Positions 28,148 to 56,727 of a DNA stretch of 64,000 bases are shown piece after piece. The translations under genes and the position numbers were made by a program. The stretch spans positions 868,001-932,000 of the forward strand of contig JBBPEB010000014.1 of the NCBI GenBank assembly GCA_039096225.1, in the 5' to 3' direction. This stretch comes from Blastocystis sp. Blastoise. Lineage: Eukaryota; Protista; Bigyra: Opalinata. Numbering within the stretch: the first letter of the stretch is position 1; every line of letters starts with the position of its first letter. A model generated the notes under the pieces. It was given only the letters and a program-made list of their open reading frames with translations, searched no databases and had not been told where the DNA came from.

Positions 28148-31100
28148 TAACATCTAGCAACAAAATCACTAATCTAATCCAACTACTTAATTACTGTATT
28201 TATACTACAAAGTACATTGATTTCTTTTACTATTAATATTTATATATTTATATTGTTTTCATTATATTAACTATTTGTATTCCATAATGTTTTATTGTTA
28301 CATTATAATTTGTATTGTTTTAATTAACTCAAGAAGATATACTGTTATCTTTTAAATATAATTATAAATAGATGACATTGAATATTCCTTTATATATTTG
28401 ATTATATCAATAGTATATAGTTTCTTAATTAGAATCACTATTCCTTAATAATTTTTATCTATATTTCAATTATTTTTCTAATTATATTCTTTTTCAAGTA
28501 CTATTATATTCAGATCAAACGAATAACTGAGAAATATTATTACTTATATGAAAAATAAATATTATTTTAGAAGTAATTATTTCATATATACTAATCTCTC
28601 TAGTATAATACTTTAAAACAATATCCAATACTAATAAGAATCTTTATTCAATCAAAAGTATAATATACAACTATAAAGTATACTCTTCTTAAATCAAATA
28701 GTATATCTAATCAAGAAGATTAAATATATAAATAAATAGCAAAATATATTTTCAATCATAATGTATCAATAGAAAGAACCAAATAACTACTAAAATCATT
28801 TACCTGACTTATCAATCAAATATCACAAAGAGAGTGATAACAATTGGTTCCTAAAGAATATACTATTTTCCAAAACATATATATAAAGTGGAATCTTAAA
28901 TCGTTTACACCAACAATTTTATATTTATACATGAATTCAAAAGGAAAGAGCAAGATGTGTTATATCTATATTAAGTATCATATGAGGGATTATATATATC
29001 CGAAAGAGTATTAGAATATATGATATAATAGAAAGTAATGTGGATTTTATATTATAATAGCATGAAATAAGTATTAGATTAAGATTCATGATATTATATA
29101 AAGGTTAGCATTTGAAAGATTATCAGAAGAAAAATTATTGGAAAGATTGACATAGACTTAATGAGAATATATTTATATATGTAGATCATAAAGAAGATAA
29201 CTAAAAACTTGTAAATAAAATTTGAAGTTAAGAAGAAGGAAGAATGCATATATCAACTGAATTTATAATCGGCAGTGATAAATGAGTAGAAGAGACGATA
29301 ATAATTATTTTTAGTATATTTTTAAAGACAATAACATGAAGAGAGAACAATATTCGTATAAAAATATATATAAATCTATAAATAGAAATACAATAAATAA
29401 ACCATAAGAAGTAATAAGAAGTTGATTTCTATATTATATCATCATGAGTAAAAGAACAAACGGAGTAAATTGTATATAATAGTTAGACATTGTATAAATA
29501 ATATGAAGTAACGGCTGATAACGGAAAAAGCAGGTGTAAATATATATAAGCATATTAATTATGTACATATGCACTTAAGAAGATATAATATCTAAAGTAA
29601 TAGAAATGAAAATAAATTTAGAAAATAAACAATTCGAGAACTACCTCAACCGTATTCAACAAAATAGAAGAAATACAAATAGTATTATAGTATTCATATC
29701 AGCATGAATGTAAGATGTATATAGATAATAAGTTAAAGGGAGTTGAAATGGTTTAAAGTAAATAGAGATAGTATTTTATTAAATAACAGTACGAAAGAAA
29801 TATGGAGACATAGATCCTATTATATAATTATATCATTTTTGGAAAATGAGAGTAATTAGAAATGAGAAAGAATAGAAGGAATAGAAGGTGTAGATACTAG
29901 GCTTTTATAAAAAATTAAATAAGAAGAAGAGAATGTACACAATAATAATAAATAAGAGTAGCCATATAAATATGTTTAAGTAACAAAAAGAGCAAAACCT
30001 TAGAATGAAGAGAAATAATAAAAATATCTTTTGTGGTATATAGATAATAGTAATACAACAATGAGAACAAATCCTAACTTTGATTACTAAAATCCATGAT
30101 GAGTAGTGCCAAGAGAGAAATTGTTGGAAAGAAAAAGAAAGGAAACGAACGAGAAGAATTATAAAAAACGATAGTAAGAAATAGGACTAATAAAAATATT
30201 CAAACCCATATTATTTAGACAAGAAATGGAAAATGCTTCTGAAATAATAACTGTGTAAATAGGAAATACAATAAACATGAGCATTAAAGAATATGAAGAG
30301 AGATAATGATGAAGCAGTATTAAAATGAATAAGTCTAATAATGAGCACACAATATACACAATAGAAGCACTAGAAATAAAAGAAAAGTGGATAAAGAAAT
30401 AGAGATAATGAGGAAGTATAGGATTAAAAATAGGCACAAAAATAAGTAGACCATGGGATAATATATAGAACATGAGAAAACGAAGAAAACCATAAATGAA
30501 GGATATGAATATGTATATGAAGAGTATATTTGAATGAAATATGAAAATAAATTAATTGAGTATGTTTTCAATTATAGAAACAAATATAAAAATAAATCTG
30601 TTAGAATAATAAAACTAAGATATATAATAATATATAATAGTGAGGAATTTGTAATTATTAAAGGAAAAGAAAATCGTCATTAAATCTCATAGTATGTTTA
30701 ATAGAGAAATATGAAACGACTATTAGAATAACATAAGAACATAAAGAATTCTATCATAGGAGAAAAAGGAATATCAACTAAGGATAATATAAAAGTAATA
30801 TAAAAATAGCACATCTAGAAACTCTTTAATAAAGGGAAAAGAACATGCAGGTGAAGTATTACGAATGATCACATAATAATTGAAAAGCACCAGAAGAAAT
30901 GAAGAGTCTAATAAATATAAAGATACCATACGAAGAAGATAGGAAGAGACTGAAAAACCAGAAAACTAATACAATTAATGTAATGCTATAATACCTTAAA
31001 AGAACAAAAGATGAAATAAGATAAGGAAATAAGATAAGGTTTATAACTAAAAATTCAATATATAATAGTAGACTAACGATAACATGAAGAGAAGTTGAAG

Positions 31101-32639
31101 AATAATTAACCAAGATGAAAATATATACAAAGAATAAAAAGAAATTCAAAAATTTTATACAGAAAACTACAACAAAGAAATATCATATAGATACTTTCCT
31201 GTATAATAGCATATTAAAGAATTACACAATAAGATACTAAAACATTCAAAAACTTATAATAGTAAACTTGATAGAATAAGAGTACATGATAATATTGTAA
31301 TATAGACAAAAGGATTTAAGGATGAAAAGAAATAAACATCAATTGTTACTAATCTGCTACTATCTTCAGTAGAAACTTATGTATGTTAGTAACCATAGTA
31401 AGTATTAATCGCAGAGATGAAGTGTTTAAGTATTTATTAAATACTAGAATAAGAATAAGAAAATTCATAATAAGTAAATCTATAAGAAAATGTCATCGTT
31501 ATATATAAATACCATTATAATACAGTATGAAAAAAGGAAGTATCAGAAAAATAAAAAACAAAAACAAAATAATTAGCACTTATAAAGTAGAACAAGCAAT
31601 CAAAAGCACATTAGTCGAATAAAATCAAACATACAAACAACATAAATAAAGATCTCATTAATCGCAAAGTTACAAAAAGAAAAATGAGTATACTAATTCA
31701 AGAAGAGAAGTAAGGAAGTTTGGTGAGTAACCAAATCAGATGTAAATAATAAATGGAAGGCAACAAACTGTAAATATTCATAAAATTATACATTGCAAGT
31801 AATCATTCCAAGAATAAGTAACTGATAAGTATCCATCACGTAGCACATTGTAAGATATGTGTATTGAACACTGATCATAACGAGCAAGTACGTAACAAAG
31901 CAATCAACAAACAATGGGAAATCATCATGTAGTAGATATTGACTAGTATTTAAGAGGAGTTCACAATGCAACAAAAACCAATATGAATCTTAATGATAAA
32001 CCATTATTAGTTCAGAAAGCAGATAGAAAGCAAGTTTGAAAAAATATTATAGGCAATAATCTTATTCTGATTTGAATCTTTAACAAAAGAATGAAATTAT
32101 CATTGAAATTTTTAAAGAATGACTGAAGTTTTAAAAATAATCAAATAGTCAGTCCTTTCCTGACTTTGGTGACACTTGCCACCAAATTTTGTGACACTTT
32201 TTCAGCCATGCTTAATTCTGCTGAATTTATCAAACACATAAGGAAGTTTTTTGTAACAAAATATGATACTCATGAGTTTTGTCATCAGACTGAATGAAAG
32301 GCTTTTCACCTTATTTGTATACATGGCCATAAATCATAATATTTTTGACAAAGTTAACCTAAATAAAAAAAAATGTCTTTATAAATGAGCAAATAAAGCT
32401 ATCATTTATTTGATATAAGCCATCAAACATATTCAAACTAAACGAAGCAATGAAATAATTACTTTAAGCATTAATATACAAAAGACAGAAGAAAAGAAAC
32501 TATTCAACTTTTTAATCACATTTAGGTACTTCTTGATACCTATATTCAACCCAGTTTCATTTAATATGTATATATATATATGAAAGAATAATAAAATAAC
32601 AATAAAAAATATATACATATATATATATATATATCAGCA

Positions 32640-39600
<6,961 letters not shown>

Positions 39601-39720
39601 ATAAACTAAGTTAATTAAATTAAACCAAAATAAATGATCGTATCAAGAGATAATCAAAATAAATATATAAAAGAACAAGTTTCATAAAAAGATGTTTTTC
39701 CAAGAAATAAAAATAAAAAT

Positions 39721-39792
39721 GCCTCTTGCGAGATTCGATCCAGCGACAATTACCATAATAGCTACAGCGCTGGTCAACTATACCAACCGATT
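39721..39792 (-). pseudogene. Degenerate tRNA-derived element (A-box/B-box), copy 1
   Basis: Minus strand reads TGGTATAGTTGA ... GGATCGAATCT followed by T-runs. The stems are imperfect. Confidence 0.5.
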
Positions 39793-40085
39793 TCTCAATT
39801 TTATTTTTTCATGTGTTCTATATAATAAGTTTAAAATTATTTGATATCTTCAAATATTATATTTATGCTCTTTTATTACATTTATAACATTCTAGAAATA
39901 CTTAGAATTGTTTTTAAACAATAATTACTATTTTTTGAAAAAAAAGTTTGTTGATATGTTGATTCTAAACTAAAAAGCAGATATCAATGATGTAAATAAT
40001 GTTTACAGATAATAAAAATGAAACAAAGTTGATTTTAAATAAAATCATTGTAAATAGCAGTCAAAAGAAAAAGTTTAAAAAAATA

Positions 40086-40154
40086 GTTCCTCGTAAGATT
40101 CGATCCGTCCACTATGTAAAAATTTTATACGCACTGACCATTTGACCAAACAAC
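40086..40154 (-). pseudogene. Degenerate tRNA-derived element (A-box/B-box), copy 2
   Basis: Minus strand reads TGGTCAAATGG ... GGATCGAATCT followed by TATTTTTTT. It is homologous to copy 1. Confidence 0.5.
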
Positions 40155-41421
40155 TCCCTTATAATATTTTTCATCAAGTCATATAATAATTGCAAAGCTA
40201 GTGACTACTAACCGTTTTTTTATTTTTTTATTTTTAAACATAAAAACAATATATTTTATAATATAAATATTATAAATGTGTTGTGTGACTTATTCTACAT
40301 ATAAAATACATTTTAAAACCATTTTATAAGGCTATTAAAAATCATTTTGTTGGACGTATTGTTTTTTCAAATCCAGCTTTTGTTCATTGTATTGTTTTTT
40401 GTTTGATTTTTGAAAAATAATATTTTAATATGCTTTTCGTTTATTTAATTTTTATTACTTGTCAGGATGTATCTGTACAGTCCCTACAAGACTACTTCAT
40501 GATATTTTATAAAAATAAAAACTTTTTAATTACATTATTATTTTTTATAATATTTTTTAGTATTTATTGACATTATTTTTCATTATAAACATAAATAAAA
40601 GTCTTTAAAATAATATACAAAAGAATATCTTAAGCAATTGACTTTTGTCACAAAATAATTTTTATTTGTCACCCAAATTAACACAAATAGTCAAATATAG
40701 GAATCATACTTGTTGTTATTTGATGACTTATGAACTTTTAAGTCATGTATCTGTCACAACATGTGTCACAAAAATCTTCTTAGATGACTTATTTCAAAAC
40801 ATTTATACATTATATATCAAAATAATATGTTTTAAGTTAAAAACTGTCATGTCATAGTATAATAGTCAATGAATGAATTACTTTTTTATGTCACCCGGTC
40901 TTTTTTTCATGAAAAGTGTGTAAATTAATGCGTCTTGATGAGCTGAGTTTGAAAATTTTTTGACCACTAATAATCAGTATTTAGCCAATTTAAAAGAATT
41001 CAAAGTTTTGTAAAAATTTGAAGCATGTATTGCTATTATGATTCTACTACTACTATATTATTAAGATCTACACATAATCACGCTTTTTTCCTAATTGTTA
41101 AATACTTAAAGACAATCAATCATTATAACTACATGATTAACATTCTAAAAATGCTAAAAAATTCAATTTGCTCTCTAATTATAATATGTGTAAGGTTATT
41201 ATTTATTCAACAACAAATCAAATTACATCAACAAACACAAACCTCGTGTAAAATGTCAAAAACATCATTATTGAGCTTATCTCGATCCTCTAAAAATTAT
41301 TAAACGTTTTATTCTATGTAGATTTATAAAAATTAAAAGAAAAATGAAATAAAAGATTTAAGCGCAAAAACAACATCGAAAAGCGCACTTTGCGCTTAAA
41401 GCGCAGTTTTGGCACACCCTG

Positions 41422-41429
41422 TTTTAACC
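41422..41429. repeat. Right 8-bp target site duplication (TTTTAACC)
   Basis: Directly follows ...GGCACACCCTG. Confidence 0.85.
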
Positions 41430-42915
41430 TAAAAAATCTATATAAAATTCACCATTCATTTTTCTTTGCATTCTAATGGATAAGAAGTTGTTCTTGAAAA
41501 TTCGAGAATAAGATTTAAGATTCCGAAGTCTTTTGGATCTCTATTCTAACATCTCATTGAATCACAATTTCTTGTGAAGAAATGAATCCATTTCGTTTAT
41601 TCCTTTCAATATCAATTCATTTATACAATAGGAATGTCTTGTGAGCTTTTCAGACATTTTAGAAGCCATAAATATTAATCTGAGACAATGGCTTACATTT
41701 AAACAAGTTATGAACGTAAACGTAGCAACACCATTTTACAGTAATATATATCTTGCGGATAATGTATGTTTTAATTTATAACTATTATAGACACCAAATA
41801 AAACATTTATCTTGCTTTGAGTTTTGTTTTCTTTGAGACTTTTAAAGTCACACAGAGCTATATATGATCCTGGAATGCATATAATGTAAATGGATTTATA
41901 TATATGAAAAGAATGGTGTTTAAAAATTTAAATTTTATTTGTACATACAAAGAATATCCAGATGATTAATTAAAAGAAAGAAATGATAAGACTGATGTTA
42001 TTAAACCTTTAAAAATAAATACTAAACAAATGAGAACAATAATTGTAGAATGATATGCGTAAAAACATGAAGTGTTTATAGGATACTCTCAGTTTTTAAT
42101 GCAGTTTTTCTTTATTTCATTTATATTATAATTGTAATTTTAACAATTCTAATTCAAAGATGAATTTAAAAAAAAACTCTTTATGAGAAGCAGCTAGCAA
42201 ATAATAAGTAACTAGTTAGTATTATTAAGTCTAATGAATGATAACAATGATTTCTATTAAAACAGAATGAATTTATACACCTTTTCAAAGAAATAAAACA
42301 GTAATCAACACAAATCACTTTAGAAGAACTACCACAAACAAATGAAATATTTTATATTTAAAAAAATGACTGATAACATATAATTCAATTTTTAACAATC
42401 AAATAGTACAATAAGATTAACTCCTAATGATTAGATGGCCCAATATAGCAATGATAATCACTTTATAATAATTTCAATGCACGCTATATATATGCACATA
42501 CATTCTATTGAACATTAAGTAGACGATTCGACTATAATACATCAAACGAAGTCTGTAAGTGACTATAAAATTAATGTATCCATTTTTAAATGAGTTCCAA
42601 ACCTCCGAATGATATCTTGTATACCTATTACACTTATATTCATGAAATCCATCACTGATTATTATGCTATTTATATATAGAATACATGTATTTGAACCGT
42701 ATATCTCCTGTCTAGTATCAATATGCATAGTTTCAATACGAACTCATTATATTCAAGAAAAAATATAAAAAAGAAATCTTCCCTCACTTTTTTTGTATTT
42801 TTACAATTGAGTCTTTAATTCTTTCTATAAGCGATTCATTTACATATATCTATAAATAAATCTATTCATTTCATAGCTTTAATAAGTTCTATTCGTTTTG
42901 AAGTTCGTATTTCCA

Positions 42916-45808
42916 ATGTCTTCTCAACCTACAAAACGTTCTTCGCTATCTGTACCTTTATCTTCATTTGATGATACTTCTTTTCCATTTCCCTTATCTT
43001 GTCAAGAGAGTTTAAAGACTATCCATTCCCTTGATTCTGATATGGAACATGAATATCAGCAAATAAGCAAGCGTAAACGACAAGATTCAATCTCATCATT
43101 GCTTTCGTCTTTGTCTTCGTCGTCATCACTGTCAGACATTGAAATAATTACTCCAAAAAGAACTATTTCTTCTTCTTTACCTAATCCTGTGCATTCATCC
43201 TTCGTTTCTAAGCCATATATTGATGTTGATGATCTTTCATTGCCTTCATCTCCTGAAGATTTTGGGGTATCATCATCAAAACTCTTCTCAAACATGAATA
43301 ATACTGCAGATTCTTTCTATGATAGTAAATTCAATGACGATCCTTTATCATATTGTCCTATTTCAAGTGATATGAAGGAAAAAAGTCCTCAAAGTCGTTC
43401 AAATTCTGTTTATTCTATATCATCTACATCATACACACCTTCACCTTGCTCTGATCTATCACCTATAAAGAATAAGTCATTAATTAATGAATCACCAATC
43501 AGTAAATCTATAAAAAATAGTATATCAATACCAAAGAATACATCTAATAATTCATATCTACATAATTCTATACTCAATGCATCATTAGATCCTATCAATT
43601 CTAATTTCATTCCTTCTTTATCATCATCTTTATCTCAAGATCCTGTTTTATCTCAAACTCATTCTCAATATCAAACATTATCTTCAGAAAGTGAATCAGA
43701 TGATGACATTCTTGCTCATTTATTTCAAAATAAAACAGTACATTCAACTTCTTCGCAGAATAGTATGTCTCAACAATCACTCTATAACTCAACTCTTTCA
43801 AATCATTCAATTACTAATTCTTCTCCTCCTTCACAACATTTATCGAATTCCATAGTTATAAATGAACCATCATGTGAAAGAACAAAAATAAAAGAAAAGA
43901 AAATAAGTAAAACAAAAAAAATTTTAAATCAAGTATATATTATATTATTTTTATTATATTATATATTTTATTATATATTATATTAATTTTTGTTATATTA
44001 TATTATCTATTATATTATTTACTATATATTATATATTATATTATTTATATTATATTATATATTATATTATATACTATATATTATATACTATATATTTTAT
44101 ATTATATATAATATATTATATATTCTATGCTACCCTAAAATTTAAATAACTATAGAGTGTGCGATGTTCTCAGAAGACAGCAGTTAATTATTTATTGACC
44201 TATGTTGAAGCTGATTGGGGAACTAAAGAAGGTGCACCTATTCTTGAGGAGTATAAAAGAGATGAAGAATATATAAATAATACTCGACGTCTCTTCTTAG
44301 CTCCTTGTCCTGTTAGAGGTACTATTTGGTGGAAACGAGAAAATATAAATATAGATAATGTATATATATATAATATTATTTTTAATATAAAGAGAATTAT
44401 ATAGATAATATGTATATATATATTATTTTTTTAGTATTAAGAGAATTATATATATATAAATTCTACTTTTATTGAATTAATAATCATTTACTTTTTTTAT
44501 ATAATTAGTGATATAAAGAGTATATTATAATTATTATATATATATATATAGAAGAGTAGTATAGAAATTGTTTCTGAACTAGTAATAAATATTTTAGATG
44601 GCTTTTATCTTCTTCAAGAACTTAAAAAAGGAATGAACTCGGCTGTTCTCTATGTTAAACAAATAAGGCATGCTTTTACTATATATATATTTATATATTT
44701 TTTGCGTTTATAAACTGTTTTTTTATTGTAAAATATTTTATTCTATATATTTGCTATATTAGATATATATAGAGATAAATTAGTCACTCCAAATACAAAA
44801 CAGAAAGTTGTGTTTATTATTACAGATATTACTGATACTTTATTCCAACAACAAAAGAATAGAAGGGTATATACTTATAAACTTTTATTTTTCTATTTTA
44901 TTTTTATTTTTCTTATAATAATTATATTACTATATATTATATATAGCAGTCTTCTTTATTCATTTCTCCAGACATGTTAACTACATTATATATTCGTATT
45001 CATCTGTATATATTATACTCTATTTCTTATCATATTCTATTCTATTTCAATATTAATTTATTTTTTTTATTGGTAAGATTATTTTATATCAGTTGTTAAA
45101 AATATAATTAAATATATAAATCGTTGTATAATGTATTCTTATCTATCTATATATATAGTGATCTACATAGTTACTGTATAGTAACATCAACTGCATCTCT
45201 TTATCAATATATATCAAATATATCTTTATATGTAGCTCAAGTCCCTTATAAGTATATAGTGCTTTTGATTTATTATAAATAAGAATTTTTTAACTCATTT
45301 TTCTAATTCAGTTTTTATTAATAATATTATTGATAATAATACTAGTATTATTGTAATTATTTATATATATATATAGATTACCTCAGGAATATATCACTTA
45401 TGCACATCCCACTATCAAAGGACGTCAAATTGAATGGGATATATACACAAAAACATGGTATACTATTCTACAAGTATATTATATCTATTTATATATAATG
45501 TTTTTATTTATATATTTATTCATATTTTGTTTCTATTTTTATTTTTATATATATTTTATAAATATATATTCATATTATTTACATTTCTTATAATGAATCT
45601 ATTATTTCAATCTATAGTCAATAAATGGAGTTAGTGCTACAAAAGCTAAGAAGATTATTTCTATATATATATCATTTTTATACTTGATATTATTATTCTT
45701 TATATATGTATATAGATATATCCTACCGTACGTTCATTACTTTCCAATTATATTCCTGGTTTATCAAATCAAGAACTATCTGAAGAAGAAAAAGAAAACC
45801 TACTTGCA

Positions 45809-45891
<83 letters not shown>

Positions 45892-46049
45892 GAATCTTAG
45901 TCTCTCTTATAAAAAATATTTCTTTCAACGCATCTATACATTATGTTTCTAAATATATATAGAATTGCTTCAGTAATAAATGCGAAAAAGCATTATCAAA
46001 GAAAATTTATCATTTCTTCTCGTCTTCTGATGGAAATGAAATTGTATAA
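42916..46049 (+). CDS. EME1: EME1/MMS4-like crossover-junction endonuclease subunit (Ser-rich N-terminus, ERCC4-like and HhH C-terminus)
   Basis: Spliced C-terminus: VAQVPYK, TWYTILQSINGVSATKAKKIISIYPTVRSLL, EEEKENLLA, ALSKKIYHFFSSSDGNEIV*. Confidence 0.7.
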
Positions 46050-46976
46050 TTATATTATTATAAATATTTGTTTTTGTTTATATATCCTAATATCCATACT
46101 ATTTTATTAATCAAGAGATATTGTACGAGATATGAGATAAAAGCTGATTATATGATTCTTTAAACTCTGTTAAAATGCATTCCTTTATTTTTTAGTTCAA
46201 TTACACAAATTTTTTGTTTTTTTTTTTAATCATAACTACTTGACAAAATTTCACTTGAAATTCAATTATTTTATAGCCAAGTCAATAAGTATCTTATTTC
46301 ATAAAACTATTGTAACTCCTTTTATAATTCTCAAATTACATTGAATAAGCTTTAATTAACTTTATTCTTTGTATGTAAAAAAAATCACATAAGTCCAGAT
46401 ATAGTATCGTTCAAATAATTAAGATATCTCATAAATAATTGTTAGTTTTTATTCTCCAAATTTTATATTTCATTTTAATAAATACATAATTGCATTGTCA
46501 TTCTTTCATATTTCTTAAGTTCATATATATATTAGTATTTCAAAACATTCATTTCATGATTAAATTGAAAAAATTTACGATTTATTCATATTTTATATAT
46601 AAATGTCTAGAGCATCTATTTAGATTCAAAACTAAAGCATGACTATTATGTTTACTATTCAGGATAGTACACATATCAGGTATACAAATATTATTGTTCT
46701 TTCATTAAAAAAACAATTCTTTAGAATGTTCTAAAAGAATAAGCCTCTCCAGAGCCACACAAACATTTCCCCTTTCAAGTCGAAAATTTTTATGATATAT
46801 TTTATAAATAAAGCATAAAAAGTGAAGATAATCATGTTAATCAGAGTCTATAAAAAAACAAATCAAAACAAAATAAATTTTCTAACTATTGGAGAAAAAA
46901 AATATTCAGTGATATTATGGATTTTCCCGTGATTCTTCTCTAGAAGTGGAAATTCATGGAAAAAGTCTCGTTTATG

Positions 46977-46998
46977 CCAATCATTGTTCAACCAATCA
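46977..46998 (+). promoter_or_regulatory. Tandem CCAAT boxes upstream of SAM synthetase
   Basis: CCAATCA at 46977 and 46992, about 140-160 bp before the ATG. Confidence 0.4.
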
Positions 46999-47135
46999 TA
47001 TACGCAAGAATCAGAAAAGGAGCTTTTTGTTTGTAATCGTGAAAAGCCACAAATAGATCAAAAAAGTCCAAACTGGGAAACTATTTTTTATTTATTTTTG
47101 TTTAGAATAAGTAATTCACTAAATAACCTTTCATT

Positions 47136-48296
47136 ATGGAAAAGTTAGCTCCTGGACACTTTTTATTTACATCTGAATCAGTTAATGAAGGTCATCCTGA
47201 TAAGCTTTGTGATCAAGTATCCGATGCTATTCTTGATGCTTGTTTAGCTCAAGATCCTAACGCTAAGGTTGCTTGTGAAACAGCTACTAAGACTGGAATG
47301 GTTATGATTTTTGGAGAAATAACTACTTCTGCTAAGGTTGATTTAGAGAATGTTGTTCGTACTACTGTTCGTGATATAGGTTATGATTCAGCTGAGAAAG
47401 GAATTGATTGTAATAAGTGTAATGTTATAGTTGCTATTGAACAACAAAGTCCTGATATTGCTCAAGGTGTTCATCTTAATAAGAAGATAGAAGATATAGG
47501 TGCTGGTGATCAAGGTATTATGTTTGGTTATGCTACAGATGAAACTGAAGAATATATGCCTCTTTCTCATTTATTAGCTACTCGTTTAGGTAAACGTTTA
47601 ACTGATGTACGTAAGGATGGTACTCTTAAATGGTTACGTCCTGATGGTAAAACTCAAGTTACTATTGAATATAAAGAAGAAGAAGGTCGTATGGTTCCTA
47701 TTCGTGTTCATACTATTGTTATTAGTACTCAACATGAACCTGATGTCACTAACGAACAAATTCATCAAGATATTATGGAATATGTTATTAAACCTATTGT
47801 TCCTGAAAAATATTTAGATGAAAATACTATTTATTATATTAATCCTTCTGGTCGTTTTATTATTGGTGGACCTCATGGTGATGCTGGTCTTACTGGTCGT
47901 AAGATTATTGTAGATACTTATGGTGGTTGGGGTGCTCATGGTGGTGGTGCTTTCTCTGGTAAAGATGCTTCTAAAGTCGATAGATCTGCTGCTTATGCTG
48001 CTAGATGGATAGCTAAATCTCTTGTTCATGCTAAACTCTGTCATCGTGTTTGTGTTCAACTCTCTTATGCTATTGGTGTTGCTCATCCTCTTTCTATTCA
48101 TATCGATACTTATGGTACAGGAAAACGTGATGAAGAAGAACTTGTTGAAATTGTCAATAAAAACTTCGATTTACGTCCTGGTTGCATTGTTCGTGATTTA
48201 GGATTAAATAACCCTATTTTCAAAGCTACTTCTTCTTATGGACACTTTGGTCGTCCTGAATTCGCTTGGGAACAAGTCAAAGATCTTCAATACTAA
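47136..48296 (+). CDS. MAT: S-adenosylmethionine synthetase (methionine adenosyltransferase); intronless
   Basis: Motifs [28 protein letters not shown] and YGHFG. Confidence 0.98.
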   Translation: MEKLAPGHFLFTSESVNEGHPDKLCDQVSDAILDACLAQDPNAKVACETATKTGMVMIFGEITTSAKVDLENVVRTTVRDIGYDSAEKGIDCNKCNVIVAIEQQSPDIAQGVHLNKKIEDIGAGDQGIMFGYATDETEEYMPLSHLLATRLGKRLTDVRKDGTLKWLRPDGKTQVTIEYKEEEGRMVPIRVHTIVISTQHEPDVTNEQIHQDIMEYVIKPIVPEKYLDENTIYYINPSGRFIIGGPHGDAGLTGRKIIVDTYGGWGAHGGGAFSGKDASKVDRSAAYAARWIAKSLVHAKLCHRVCVQLSYAIGVAHPLSIHIDTYGTGKRDEEELVEIVNKNFDLRPGCIVRDLGLNNPIFKATSSYGHFGRPEFAWEQVKDLQY

Positions 48297-48327
48297 ACAA
48301 AATCATTATGAACTTCTCTTCAGTTAA

Positions 48328-48363
<36 letters not shown>

Positions 48364-48719
48364 TTTCTTATTCTAAATAAATAATAAAAAAATTACATAT
48401 ATTTATCTTAATATGATATTATAATATACTCTTATTATTAGGGTATATTTCTTTTTCACTTTTTCTTTTATTTTTGCTATCAACAAATTTTATATTTATT
48501 GATAGTATAAACGAAAATCTTGTTTTGTTTTCATTAGACTATTATATCCTCAATTATTCAAAGACAACATGAAATAGTTAATAGCGGTTCATATCTAAAT
48601 CATTTTTTTGAGATTTTTTTCCCGAATAAGATTTTTATTTTTCTTTTTATAATAATACCCTGCTTTTTGTTTTTATCTAAAATAGCAGAGGATTAGAATC
48701 ATCCTTTATTAGATTATGA

Positions 48720-55976
<7,257 letters not shown>

Positions 55977-56694
55977 TATATATACATATATATTATATAT
56001 AGTGAGAATTTTTATTTATTTGAAATATCTATATACATTTTGTTTTTGTTTTTGTAATATATATTTTTTATTTATCTTTGTAATATATGTTTTTCTATTT
56101 GTCTTACATAAGTTCACTTCTCTTTTCCGATTAACTTTATTATTTTATATATACTTGTAGTGACTTTCATTTCAACATTTTTTTATGTATAATATTATAC
56201 TCATATTTCATTAAACATTTTTATTTTATTCATTATTCTTTTTCATTGCTTTTTATTATTTTGTTTTTATTATATATATTAATTGTTATCGTGACTATCA
56301 TCATAATGTCCTTTAGTTTCTTTTTCTATTTGCTACTTTTCCTCTTTTTTTCATTTTATTCTTTATTTTTTCCATAATTAGGTATATATTCTTGTATTTT
56401 ACAGTATATTTCTATTTCTTTTTGCTATATTCTTCTTTAGATTCTCTATCATAATATTTCTATGTAGTCTTTATTATCTTTAATTGAAACTGATCAACGT
56501 TGTATCGTTCGTATTCATTAACAAACGATTATACTTCTCTTCTCTCAGAATTCTTGAAAACGCTCAAACTATCCTATATAATTTCATATACCATTTATAT
56601 TGTTATATCATTAAGAAGAGTAAAAATATTGGTTGCTATTAAAATAGAAAAGTAACAGCATATATAGCCATATGAATCAAATGAAAAAAATATA

Positions 56695-56727
<33 letters not shown>

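Noticed and set aside
39721-40154. Functional tRNA genes
   Set aside because: The acceptor, anticodon and T stems do not pair properly, so they are kept only as tRNA-derived relics.
46700-47135. SAM riboswitch or structured leader upstream of SAM synthetase
   Set aside because: No recognisable aptamer or stable pairing was found; only CCAAT boxes were seen.
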